Source: a virus
Virus record (IMG/VR): IMGVR_UViG_3300030103_004108
Reading direction: 5' to 3' (one strand)
Length of the DNA: 28,936 bases
Below, in pieces: positions 8,694-16,840 of the stretch. Both the position numbers and the translations under genes were made by a program. Each line of letters opens with the position of its first letter. Position 1 is the first letter of the stretch. Below the pieces are notes generated by a model that made no database searches, had not been told where the DNA came from, and was given only the letters and a program-made list of their open reading frames with translations.

Positions 8694-8846
8694 TTAAATC
8701 TTGCCTATTCCTTGCGCTCTAAGTGTGCCATCACAACACTTTGAAGAGTATGTATTGTCTTTGCATAAACAACCTCTTTTGCCTCCTTTACCTGTGGCTT
8801 TACCTTGTGTTTCTTTGCTTGTGTTTTTACTTACTTTCTTACGCAT
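8694..8846 (-). CDS. Small basic Cys-rich protein (50 aa), not in the ORF track
   Basis: Hand translation: MRKKVSKNTSKETQGKATGKGGKRGCLCKDNTYSSKCCDGTLRAQGIGKI. The ATG at 8846 overlaps the protease 3' end by 16 nt. The ORF fills an otherwise 179-nt gap, and its codon usage resembles neighbouring genes. Confidence 0.45.
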   Translation of the reverse strand: MRKKVSKNTSKETQGKATGKGGKRGCLCKDNTYSSKCCDGTLRAQGIGKI

Positions 8847-9982
8847 TTGCCGTTCTTTTTTTTGTAACCTTTAGGACATTTACCGTACATATCTACTATG
8901 TGTGTTTTGCCTACCATATACCAAGTCTTACCTTCGTATTCGTGTTCGTGTATGCCTTCAACACCTACGTCTTTAGCTGCTTTTTCTGCCATAGTTTTAG
9001 AAGAATACGCTAGTCTATCGTCTATAATAGCATAGTTGTCATCTACTACCATACTTGCTAAGTCTTCACGTTCTATTTGTTTAAGCTTTGCTTCTGCCCA
9101 TGTCTTCGCAGATTTACCTCCCCAAAGTAAATAGGAAATATATCCGCAACTTTCTTTATCGCCTTGATCATAGTAAACTTCTGCTCTACTTAAATAAGAA
9201 TACAAGCGTTTAATCACAGACACCGACAACTTTTCTTTGTCCATTAATTGCTTACTTCTTAATTTTCCTATGCGTGTCGCGCACTTATTACCTACTGCTT
9301 TATTTAGTTCACGTCCACGTTTAGCGTTGTTGCTTACACTTTCCGGGTAGTCATTATAAGATGCTAGTTTTTCTTGGCTTAGAAGTTCTTTAAGTTCTTC
9401 TATTGTAAACCTTTCTTCTAGTTCTTCAAGTGTTTCCGTGTTTAAGTCGTACTTATCTGCAAAATATCCTTCAATAGAAAAACCTTTTATTTCACCGTCT
9501 TTGGCTTTTTTGTATATGTCTTCGTTATCGATTTTCATAGACACCATCCAAGTACCTTTCACCATATCCATACCGTAAAGTGCAGACTTGTCGGTCTTAC
9601 TGTTTTCTACTATCCAACTTTCAACTATTGTAGTACCGTCAACTTTTTCACTATGTTCTAAAGTTGCGTTTTGGTGATTAGACTTTTTAAAGAATAGTTC
9701 TGAAGCCTTCCTAACTGTGTCTTCTGAAAAGTAAATATAGTATTCTTCGTTCGTCTTGTCGTTACGTCTGTAAATTTGTTTGTTAGGCACTAAAGCCGCA
9801 CCCATAAGAATACGCTTTTCACTATCTACTTCTTTCAAAAGTATTTCGTGTTTATTTAGTGCTACAAAGTTTTCTTGAATTGCCGGTTCTGAAACTACTG
9901 AAATTGCATCTATACCTGCTTGGTCATCGTTTTCGTCTATTACAAGTTCTACGATTTTAAACGCTCTTGATTCTTTGTTCAT
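8831..9982 (-). CDS. XkdF-like prohead (serine) protease domain with a long C-terminal extension
   Basis: The N-terminal ~175 aa (AISVVSEPAIQENF...RILMGAALVPN...YIYFSEDTVRKASELF...LEHS...ESWIV...GTWMVSMKI...GFSIEGYF) fit the PBSX XkdF / Peptidase_S78_2 pattern. The C-terminal half holds a YPESVSNNAKRG...LLWGGKSAKTWAEAK block, an HEHEYEGKTWYMVGKTH block and a Cys/Lys tail. Confidence 0.6.
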   Translation of the reverse strand: MNKESRAFKIVELVIDENDDQAGIDAISVVSEPAIQENFVALNKHEILLKEVDSEKRILMGAALVPNKQIYRRNDKTNEEYYIYFSEDTVRKASELFFKKSNHQNATLEHSEKVDGTTIVESWIVENSKTDKSALYGMDMVKGTWMVSMKIDNEDIYKKAKDGEIKGFSIEGYFADKYDLNTETLEELEERFTIEELKELLSQEKLASYNDYPESVSNNAKRGRELNKAVGNKCATRIGKLRSKQLMDKEKLSVSVIKRLYSYLSRAEVYYDQGDKESCGYISYLLWGGKSAKTWAEAKLKQIEREDLASMVVDDNYAIIDDRLAYSSKTMAEKAAKDVGVEGIHEHEYEGKTWYMVGKTHIVDMYGKCPKGYKKKNGKCVRK

Positions 9983-10003
9983 ATTATAATAACTTTTAAA
10001 TTG

Positions 10004-11896
10004 TTAAAGTGTTGCATTTTGCACACGGTTTCTATCTAAAGCTTGTGCCGTTGTAACCTCTCCACTAACTACGAAAGCTTGTGTCGGTTGTTGTTGTAAT
10101 TGTGCTAATTGGTTTACACCACTATCACCTACAACGTTAAATTGTGGTGCTTGTGCTTCTACGCTTGTAGCAGGTGCATCTACACCGCCACCGCCACCAC
10201 CTTCAAACTTTGTCTTGGCAATTGTTGCTACTTGTGCTATACCTGTAGCTGCTGCAAGTGCTGCACCCGGTAAACCTGCCGGAATACCTAAACCACCTAC
10301 TGCAGGATTAATTGCTGCCGTTATCGCACCTGCCGTATTTATTACTGCTTGTGCTATGCTTATTGCTTTGTTTATCTTAAACGCTTTTTCTTGTGACTTT
10401 TCGTTATCTTTTGCAAGTGCAGTTACAAGTCCACTAATAGCACCAAAGGCATCATTTGTCATTTGCAAACGTTTGTCCAAAACTTCTTTATTTGCTGCAA
10501 TTTCTTCTGCATCTAAAGCTTTTTTGTTTGCGGCAACTTGTTCGTCTATTGCCTTTTGCTTATCTGCATATTCTAAATTGATGTCATTTAGTTCGTTTAA
10601 CCTTCCAATTTCTAGTTCCGTAGTATCTAATCCGTTTTGCTTTGCAAGTTCAATAAGTCTAAAATACTTTTCTTCAACTGCTCTTACTTCTTTTTCTTGT
10701 TCTGTTAAAGTTCTTTCAAAGTTTTCTTCTTCAACTTCGGCAATTTCGTCTAGTAATTGATTTTTAAGATTTTCTAGGTTTTCTAGACGTTGTCTTTCTA
10801 ATTCTGCAAGTTCTTTTTGTCTTGCAATTTCTGCTTTTTCGTCAGTTTCTTTTTTTGCTGCTGCCTCTTGTCTTTTCTTTTCTGCTTGTTGAGCAAGGTC
10901 AAATTCTCTTTGAGCAATTAATCTTCGTTTTTCTCTACTAATTGCTGCAATTTCAATTTGTCTATTTACCTGTTCTTCTTTAGACAATAAACCTTCTAAA
11001 CTAAAAAGTTCTGCATCAAGTTGAATTTTTTTTAAGTCCAAAATTTTCTTTTGCTTTTCAAAAATTTCATCTTGATTTTTTTCTTGATCAATAGAAAGGT
11101 CTTTTATATCTTCTTCAAGTTTGCGAATTTCAATTTTGCTTTTTAATGTGTTGTTACTACTTTTTATCTCTTCATCCATTAAAGACCTTTGCCTTTGCTT
11201 TTCTTCTGAAATTTTCTTTTCAATTTCAAGTTGCTCCTCAAGGCTTTTATTGTTGATGCCTAATATCTCTTTAATCTCATCAAATTTTGTGACAAGAAAT
11301 GTTATACCAAACACTAATGCACCAACACCCAATGCGCCTATAGCGTTTCTTATGCTTGTCAAAGCTTTGACGGCAACTTGACCTAATTGCTGAAATGCGG
11401 GTATTGCATCTTTTACACCTTGTACGCCTTGTGACAAAGCCAATGCACTCTGAACACGCAATAATACAGCGTTCAATTCTTCAGATTCCGTGCTAACTAA
11501 TCCAATTGCACCTTGTATTGCAGCAAAACCGCTTGTCGCACCTGTTAAAGCGCCTCCAAGTTTTTGGCTTAATGTTGTCGCTGCCGCATCTACCGCAATA
11601 TCAGTTTGTATTTGTACCTTTCTATATTGACCTACCTTTGTTAAAAGTTCTTGGTATTCTTTGCTTGTCGTGTCTCCTGCTAAAGCTAATTCATAAAGGC
11701 GGTCTTCAGCTTCACCCATTCTTGTTGTAAGCGGTTCTATATTCTCATATATATCTTCAAACTTTGCATCAAGTTTTTTTGCACTATCAACTGCTTTAAG
11801 TGTTCCGTCAGATAATTTTTCAAATTGTTTAGTGACCTTTTCGCCACCTTCCAATTCTACTTCAATTTCAATTATTTTTGTTGTTTTGTCTGCCAT
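10004..11896 (-). CDS. Tape-measure-like protein
   Basis: 630 aa. It has a long central Glu/Lys coiled coil, Ala/Gly-rich hydrophobic segments (ALGVGALVFGITFLV; AINPAVGGLGIPAGLPGAALAAATGIA) and a Gly6 run. This architecture is typical of tape-measure or ejection proteins. Confidence 0.55.
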   Translation of the reverse strand: MADKTTKIIEIEVELEGGEKVTKQFEKLSDGTLKAVDSAKKLDAKFEDIYENIEPLTTRMGEAEDRLYELALAGDTTSKEYQELLTKVGQYRKVQIQTDIAVDAAATTLSQKLGGALTGATSGFAAIQGAIGLVSTESEELNAVLLRVQSALALSQGVQGVKDAIPAFQQLGQVAVKALTSIRNAIGALGVGALVFGITFLVTKFDEIKEILGINNKSLEEQLEIEKKISEEKQRQRSLMDEEIKSSNNTLKSKIEIRKLEEDIKDLSIDQEKNQDEIFEKQKKILDLKKIQLDAELFSLEGLLSKEEQVNRQIEIAAISREKRRLIAQREFDLAQQAEKKRQEAAAKKETDEKAEIARQKELAELERQRLENLENLKNQLLDEIAEVEEENFERTLTEQEKEVRAVEEKYFRLIELAKQNGLDTTELEIGRLNELNDINLEYADKQKAIDEQVAANKKALDAEEIAANKEVLDKRLQMTNDAFGAISGLVTALAKDNEKSQEKAFKINKAISIAQAVINTAGAITAAINPAVGGLGIPAGLPGAALAAATGIAQVATIAKTKFEGGGGGGVDAPATSVEAQAPQFNVVGDSGVNQLAQLQQQPTQAFVVSGEVTTAQALDRNRVQNATL

Positions 11897-12054
11897 TGTT
11901 TAAGTCTTTTTTTTAACACTTGTTCACGTTTCTTCTGCTTGTATGTTTCCTTTAATCCTTTAGGCATAGCGTATAAACCTTTAGCTACTTGTATGTTGTA
12001 GCTTTCTTCTAAGAAGTCATCTATTTGTAGTAAGTCAATTATGTGTTTTAACAT
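11872..12054 (-). CDS. Small hypothetical protein (60 aa) upstream of the tape-measure gene
   Basis: The ATG at 12054 shares one base with the stop of the 797-aa gene. The 3' end overlaps the tape-measure start by 25 nt. The C-terminus is basic. Confidence 0.5.
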   Translation of the reverse strand: MLKHIIDLLQIDDFLEESYNIQVAKGLYAMPKGLKETYKQKKREQVLKKRLKQWQTKQQK

Positions 12055-14447
12055 TATGGTTGTTGTTGTATAAATATTTGGTTTGCTGCGGTAGTGCCAT
12101 CTGCAAAAGTATAGGTAACTGTCAAAGTGTATATTGCTACAGTTCCTTCTTCAGTTCTTAGACGTATAAAGTCTTCCGTGTTTATGTTGTCTGCATCGTC
12201 TTCGGTTACGATCAACTTTACAGTATTTGTGTTTGCCGGAATACATACTTCAACTGTGCCGTCTGTTGTTAACGTGCTTGGCGTTATAGTTACACCTGCA
12301 TCTGTTGTGGCTATAGTAGCACTTACTGCACCGTTAGGAAATAGTATTCTAACGTCTATACATTGTGCATCTAAACTAGGTAAAAGTGGTTCTATCGGTT
12401 CGCCTCCACCTTGACTTATTACATCACTAAAGTCGTTTAGTAAAGTGAATTCTACTTGACCTGTAGTAAGGTTAGACTTCATATCGTTTATGATATAACG
12501 CTTGTCTCTTATTATAAGTCTGTCGTTTAGTTCTAGGTTTGTAAGTAAACTTATAGGTAGGTTCGTTTTTACGCTAGTTTGCCTATTCTTTAGATTGTAA
12601 AGATTGCTCAAGTAAGGAAAATAGTAAACACTAAACAAAGTGTTTGGCACAATAGCATCAAGCAAAGTGCTTATATCTGCGTTGAAGTTTAATGTGTAGT
12701 TTACGTTCGTGTCTAAGACGTCTTGACCAAAAGGTGCATAAGTAGTAAGTGTTACCGGTGTGCTATTGTCTGTAAATTCAAAAGACGTTGTAAGATTATC
12801 GTATTGATATAATATAACAGGTTTAGGTGTGTATTTATTTCCGTCTGTATTTAAAGTTTCGCCTATTTGTAAATTAGTACCTACAAACTTTTGCATCATC
12901 ATATTTTCAAAAGGTAGTTCTACTTTAAACTCACCACCGTCATAGTCAAACTGTTCATTTGTGTTACCGTAGCCTCTACTTGTTAAGTTTTTAAATATTG
13001 TGTTTGTTCCGCTTTCGCTTTCTTGATATTTAAATTCTATGTTTTTGTAAAGCTTTACACGATCAATATTTATGCTTTTTATGTCCGTGTATTCGGTAAT
13101 ATCTACTACTGCACCTTTTGCGTACCATTCACTTAGTGGTTCTATTTGGTAAACGTCTGTATCTGTACCGTAACAAGTCAAGTTAAACATTTTTAAGATG
13201 CCTTTAAAAAAGTTTTCTACAGTCATATCAGGCAAGTAATTAAGTACACTTATATCTGCTATTAAAGAAATATTATTTGCAGTTGCCGTGTATATGTTAA
13301 AAATACTTGCAGGTACACCAATACCCACGTCTACAACACATTCTTGATTGTACTGTATTGTAAAGTCTATATCAACTGCACCTGTTGCTCTAACTTCAAA
13401 CCTATATTGCTTATTTAATATTTCATTATTAAGGTCTGTTGTTACAGGTATTATCCCGGTGCTTGAACCTTCTAAAGTCTGCACAAGTTGATTGTTTAAA
13501 AAAACGTCAATATAGTATGTGTTCGTGTTACTTGTGTTAGTGACATTTATGCTTACATTGTGCTTTATGCTTATGATAGGTAAGGTAGTAGCCGTTGTAC
13601 TTGGGAACATACTAGACGGTGATTCGTGTCCATAAGTCAAAGTGTCGTTTGCTATACTAAAATATGTACTTGCAGGGTTCGTGTTTTCACCGGTTGCGTA
13701 ATTTATTGCCGTGATATTTAAGGTTTCTGCAGCAGTCAAAAACGTAAAAGTATCTGCGTTCTGACAAAGTAAGTAAGCGTTCTTAAATCTTTTTGTCGCT
13801 AAAAAAGTACCTGTAAAAGCTATGCTATACTTTGTGCCTATCGCAGCCAACATTTGACTTAACTGAATAGCCGGAAATAATTCGTCAAATTTAACTGCGC
13901 CACTTCCTGTACTTGGGTTTATATCTGTACTACCACCACCTCCGTAAGTTATGTCTCTACTAAATATTAAAGGATATCTTACTTTGTAGTCTGTTGCACC
14001 GTCTATAATTCTGTTTTTTATTTCTGTTGCATTATATGCGTGTGACAGTAAATTCAAATAAGTCAAGTCTACTAGCTTATCTTTTCCAAATTTATCTTTT
14101 AGACTTACAACATCACCATAGAAAGTAATTTGATAAGAATACGCACGATTGTTTTTTACTTCCGCTTTTTCAAGACTTATCTTTCCTGTTCTGAAAGGCG
14201 TGTAGTCTATTTCTATATTTGCGTTTCTGCGTATGTTATAGTCTAAGGTACTATTTATGTCGTTTTCGTAAAAGTGTTCAAAAATTTCGTTGTTGTTTAC
14301 TGAAGCAGGTACACTAAACGATTGACTAAAGTCTGTAAATACCTTGCTAATATCTTGAACGTTCTGTTGTGTGCTTGTGACGTTAATTTGTTCGTCATCA
14401 AATAAGTCTAAGCGTTGACCTTCTATGTAAACTTGTACTGTTCGCAT
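12054..14447 (-). CDS. Large tail/baseplate structural protein (797 aa) with an Ig-like C-terminal region
   Basis: The N-terminus MRTVQVYIEGQRLDLFDDEQINVTSTQQNVQDISKVFTDFSQSFSVPAS resembles conserved N-termini of phage tail or host-adsorption proteins. The beta-rich T/V/I C-terminus looks Ig-like. The specific family is not identified. Confidence 0.45.
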   Translation of the reverse strand: MRTVQVYIEGQRLDLFDDEQINVTSTQQNVQDISKVFTDFSQSFSVPASVNNNEIFEHFYENDINSTLDYNIRRNANIEIDYTPFRTGKISLEKAEVKNNRAYSYQITFYGDVVSLKDKFGKDKLVDLTYLNLLSHAYNATEIKNRIIDGATDYKVRYPLIFSRDITYGGGGSTDINPSTGSGAVKFDELFPAIQLSQMLAAIGTKYSIAFTGTFLATKRFKNAYLLCQNADTFTFLTAAETLNITAINYATGENTNPASTYFSIANDTLTYGHESPSSMFPSTTATTLPIISIKHNVSINVTNTSNTNTYYIDVFLNNQLVQTLEGSSTGIIPVTTDLNNEILNKQYRFEVRATGAVDIDFTIQYNQECVVDVGIGVPASIFNIYTATANNISLIADISVLNYLPDMTVENFFKGILKMFNLTCYGTDTDVYQIEPLSEWYAKGAVVDITEYTDIKSINIDRVKLYKNIEFKYQESESGTNTIFKNLTSRGYGNTNEQFDYDGGEFKVELPFENMMMQKFVGTNLQIGETLNTDGNKYTPKPVILYQYDNLTTSFEFTDNSTPVTLTTYAPFGQDVLDTNVNYTLNFNADISTLLDAIVPNTLFSVYYFPYLSNLYNLKNRQTSVKTNLPISLLTNLELNDRLIIRDKRYIINDMKSNLTTGQVEFTLLNDFSDVISQGGGEPIEPLLPSLDAQCIDVRILFPNGAVSATIATTDAGVTITPSTLTTDGTVEVCIPANTNTVKLIVTEDDADNINTEDFIRLRTEEGTVAIYTLTVTYTFADGTTAANQIFIQQQP

Positions 14448-15559
14448 TATACTACGTTGTTGATTATGTCAAAAGCAAATTCGAAAGTAAGTTCGTAGTT
14501 CATTACCTTTTTGTTTATACCTCTTTGTTTAAGTAAGCTTTTGCTTTGCACTATTACAGGTGCATACTTTGCAGTATTGTTGTAAAGTTTTTCCGGATCA
14601 TAAAGCATAACTTTTTCACTAAGTAATAGTTCTTCTATGTATGAACCGTACAAGTCATTTACATATCCTGTGTTCAACTTTATTGTTTCTTTACCGTTCT
14701 TGTTAAATTCTCTTACTTGTCCTTCGCTTGTAGGCACATAAGGTAAAACACTTGGGTTTACTTTATAGGTATCTGCTTGTGCGTTTATGTTTCGTGTTTT
14801 TGCTTTTTGAAAGAATATTCTTGCCCAACTACCGTAACGATTTATAAAGTCTACGGCTACAGGCGTGTATTTAGGTTCGCATTGTGGTTCAAAAAAACCT
14901 GTCCAACGTACTGCACTACCACCACCTAAAAATTCTACTTTGTTACCTTGCGACAAGAAAGGCAAGTAAACTCTACTAAAGGTTTTAACACCTGCAGTAG
15001 TGGCAGTAACTGTGCTTGTTGCTCCTGTTACTAAGTTAGTATATTTTATAGCATCGTTTACTTCTAGGTCTACGTCAAAGCTACCTGCCATATTAGTAAT
15101 TGTTGTAGAAAGTGCACCACTATCGTGGTTGTAAAAGTATCTACCTTCAGAAAGTAAAACTGTACTACTTACCGTGTTAAACCCTTCCATATAGTGATTA
15201 TAACCATTCATAAACTGACCTGTGTCTGTACCTAGTAAAGTAAACGTACCACTTACGTCTTTATACTTCTTTATGGCGTAGTTTACTATGTAGTTTGTGC
15301 TTATATCTGCATCGTAAGTATTGTAAGGTTCTGTTCCACCGTTTGCCCAATTCGTAAAGTTGTAGTATTCTTGTACATACGGTGAGACATTATAGTACGT
15401 CTTTATGTTGTTTGAAGCAGGTATTTTTTTACTTAACGTGTATTGTGGTGAAGCGGGTTGGCTTCCGGTAGTCCAAAGAAACAGCTCTATCTTAGAACCT
15501 GTCTGACCTGTTTCGTTTATTAGTATTATGTAAGGTGAACGTGAAAGTGTTATACTCAT
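14447..15559 (-). CDS. Tail structural protein (370 aa), function unassigned
   Basis: ORF translationally coupled on both sides by 1-nt and 4-nt overlaps. Beta-rich composition, with no diagnostic motif. Confidence 0.5.
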   Translation of the reverse strand: MSITLSRSPYIILINETGQTGSKIELFLWTTGSQPASPQYTLSKKIPASNNIKTYYNVSPYVQEYYNFTNWANGGTEPYNTYDADISTNYIVNYAIKKYKDVSGTFTLLGTDTGQFMNGYNHYMEGFNTVSSTVLLSEGRYFYNHDSGALSTTITNMAGSFDVDLEVNDAIKYTNLVTGATSTVTATTAGVKTFSRVYLPFLSQGNKVEFLGGGSAVRWTGFFEPQCEPKYTPVAVDFINRYGSWARIFFQKAKTRNINAQADTYKVNPSVLPYVPTSEGQVREFNKNGKETIKLNTGYVNDLYGSYIEELLLSEKVMLYDPEKLYNNTAKYAPVIVQSKSLLKQRGINKKVMNYELTFEFAFDIINNVV

Positions 15560-16110
15560 TTCTTAAAATTTTCTTTTGTAATTTGGTCAAATAGTTTTTC
15601 CATATCAAAGCCGAACATTTCCATAAGTTCATCCGGCAGTCTATTGTAATACTTTTCGAATGGTTTTGTAAAAAATAATGTAGGTTTTAGACCTTTAGAA
15701 TATATGCTTCGTGCTATAATGTAGCCCATAGACTTATATGACATAAATCTGCCTGTCTCCTTGTCTTTCCATTGAAAACCTTTTTGCTTTACCCACTTAG
15801 TCATAATTCCCGACATACCGCCTTTAGCTTTGCCTATAAGACTACTATTCGTACCAAACTTATAAGGTGATTCCGTTTGTCTGTTGCCTTTGTTACTTGA
15901 CTTGTTACCTTTAACACCTTGATCAACGAAAGCACCGTAACTTTCCATCTCAAAGCTTATTTGAATACTGTTCTTAGACTCCTTTACAAAACCTCTTAGA
16001 CTATTGTTAAGATTGCCTTTCGTTTTTAAGTTGCTCTTAGCTTCACGAATGACATTGTCTTTAAAGTCTTCTAGTAGTTCTTGTATGTTGTCAAATTGTG
16101 ACATCAGCAA
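15556..16110 (-). CDS. HK97 gp10-like head-tail joining / tail-completion protein, tentative
   Basis: 184 aa. LRGFVKES...ISFEMESYGAFVDQGV and the C-terminal ...KPTLFFTKPFE resemble the gp10-family pattern (tG.L..si ... Y..fvE.G ... PF). Assigned by position in the neck module. Confidence 0.4.
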   Translation of the reverse strand: MLMSQFDNIQELLEDFKDNVIREAKSNLKTKGNLNNSLRGFVKESKNSIQISFEMESYGAFVDQGVKGNKSSNKGNRQTESPYKFGTNSSLIGKAKGGMSGIMTKWVKQKGFQWKDKETGRFMSYKSMGYIIARSIYSKGLKPTLFFTKPFEKYYNRLPDELMEMFGFDMEKLFDQITKENFKK

Positions 16111-16556
16111 ATAGTCATTTCATTAGGTATAAGAATATCTGCAGTCATAGTCCATCCGGCAAGTTTGTTTTCAAACCTATCTACAAAAGGTTCGCAGCTT
16201 GGGTTTCCGTCTATTTGGAATTTATCCGTGTATAGGTCGCCTCTTAATAACAGTTCATAACACCGTGTTAACACCTGTAACTGTGTGTTAAGTATGTAAA
16301 GTTCGTTGTCATTGCCGTCAAACTTATTTTCTTCTTCGTCTTTTGTTATGTCGACAATATCCATAGCCAATATAGATATGTTGTAACGCACCACGTTACC
16401 TTCTAGTGTTGCACTATTGGCTACGATGTGGATTAGTGGGAATATGGTTTGTTTACTTAAATCTATGTCGAACAGGTTTCCTTGCGTGACTGTGTTTACT
16501 AGTACGTCTGCTTCAAAGTGTGTTCTTAGTTTGTCTATTATGTCGAAATAATTCAT
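16104..16556 (-). CDS. Neck / tail-terminator-like protein (150 aa), tentative
   Basis: The ORF start ATG overlaps the TAA of the -1 frame of the preceding gene (TAATG). Its size and position are typical of head-closure or tail-terminator proteins. Confidence 0.35.
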   Translation of the reverse strand: MNYFDIIDKLRTHFEADVLVNTVTQGNLFDIDLSKQTIFPLIHIVANSATLEGNVVRYNISILAMDIVDITKDEEENKFDGNDNELYILNTQLQVLTRCYELLLRGDLYTDKFQIDGNPSCEPFVDRFENKLAGWTMTADILIPNEMTIC

Positions 16557-16840
16557 TATCGTTTCATTTGTTGTTTAAGTTCTCTTGCTTCGATTTCGTG
16601 TTTTTGCTTTTTGAAGCTGAGATAGGTGAGACATTTAGTAAGTCTGTATTTTGTAACTTGGTCATACTTTGTAATGTCTCCGTCAGCCAATCCATAGATA
16701 GAAGTGTACCATCCCCAATTTTTTCCGAATTGAGCTCTTTCTGAGTATTGGTTGAATCCTTCGTCATCTTCTTCAGTTCTTTCTTCAAATAAGTCTGCGT
16801 AGCTTTCAGTAATTCTACGCCTAAACTCGACAAAAAAAAA
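16556..16840 (-). CDS. Alternative -1 frame C-terminal coding segment (ATG-less, absent from the ORF track)
   Basis: Hand translation after the T9 run: FFFVEFRRRITESYADLFEERTEEDDEGFNQYSERAQFGKNWGWYTSIYGLADGDITKYDQVTKYRLTKCLTYLSFKKQKHEIEARELKQQMKR*. The frame has 113 stop-free codons, from the TAA at 16900..16898 down to the TAA at 16558..16556. Codon usage matches the capsid gene (GAA/GAC/TAC/TTC/AAC). Confidence 0.55.
   Translation of the reverse strand, partial: FFFVEFRRRITESYADLFEERTEEDDEGFNQYSERAQFGKNWGWYTSIYGLADGDITKYDQVTKYRLTKCLTYLSFKKQKHEIEARELKQQMKR

Noticed and set aside
10215-10760. Long plus-strand ORFs in the track, for example 10215..10760, 7551..7988, 4417..4788, 22953..23288, 8723..9013, 18158..18523 and 19277..19582.
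   Set aside because: Each lies antisense to a longer, motif-bearing minus-strand gene. Their translations are low complexity (S/L/F/C/I-rich), as expected for the complement of A/G-rich codons. None has its own intergenic space or recognisable motifs.
11907-11914. An A8 run on the coding strand (A AAA AAA) at the end of the 60-aa ORF upstream of the tape-measure gene, considered as a G/GT-type frameshift site.
   Set aside because: The -1 frame reads AAA AAA AAG ACT TAA and stops after two codons, so no extended product is possible.
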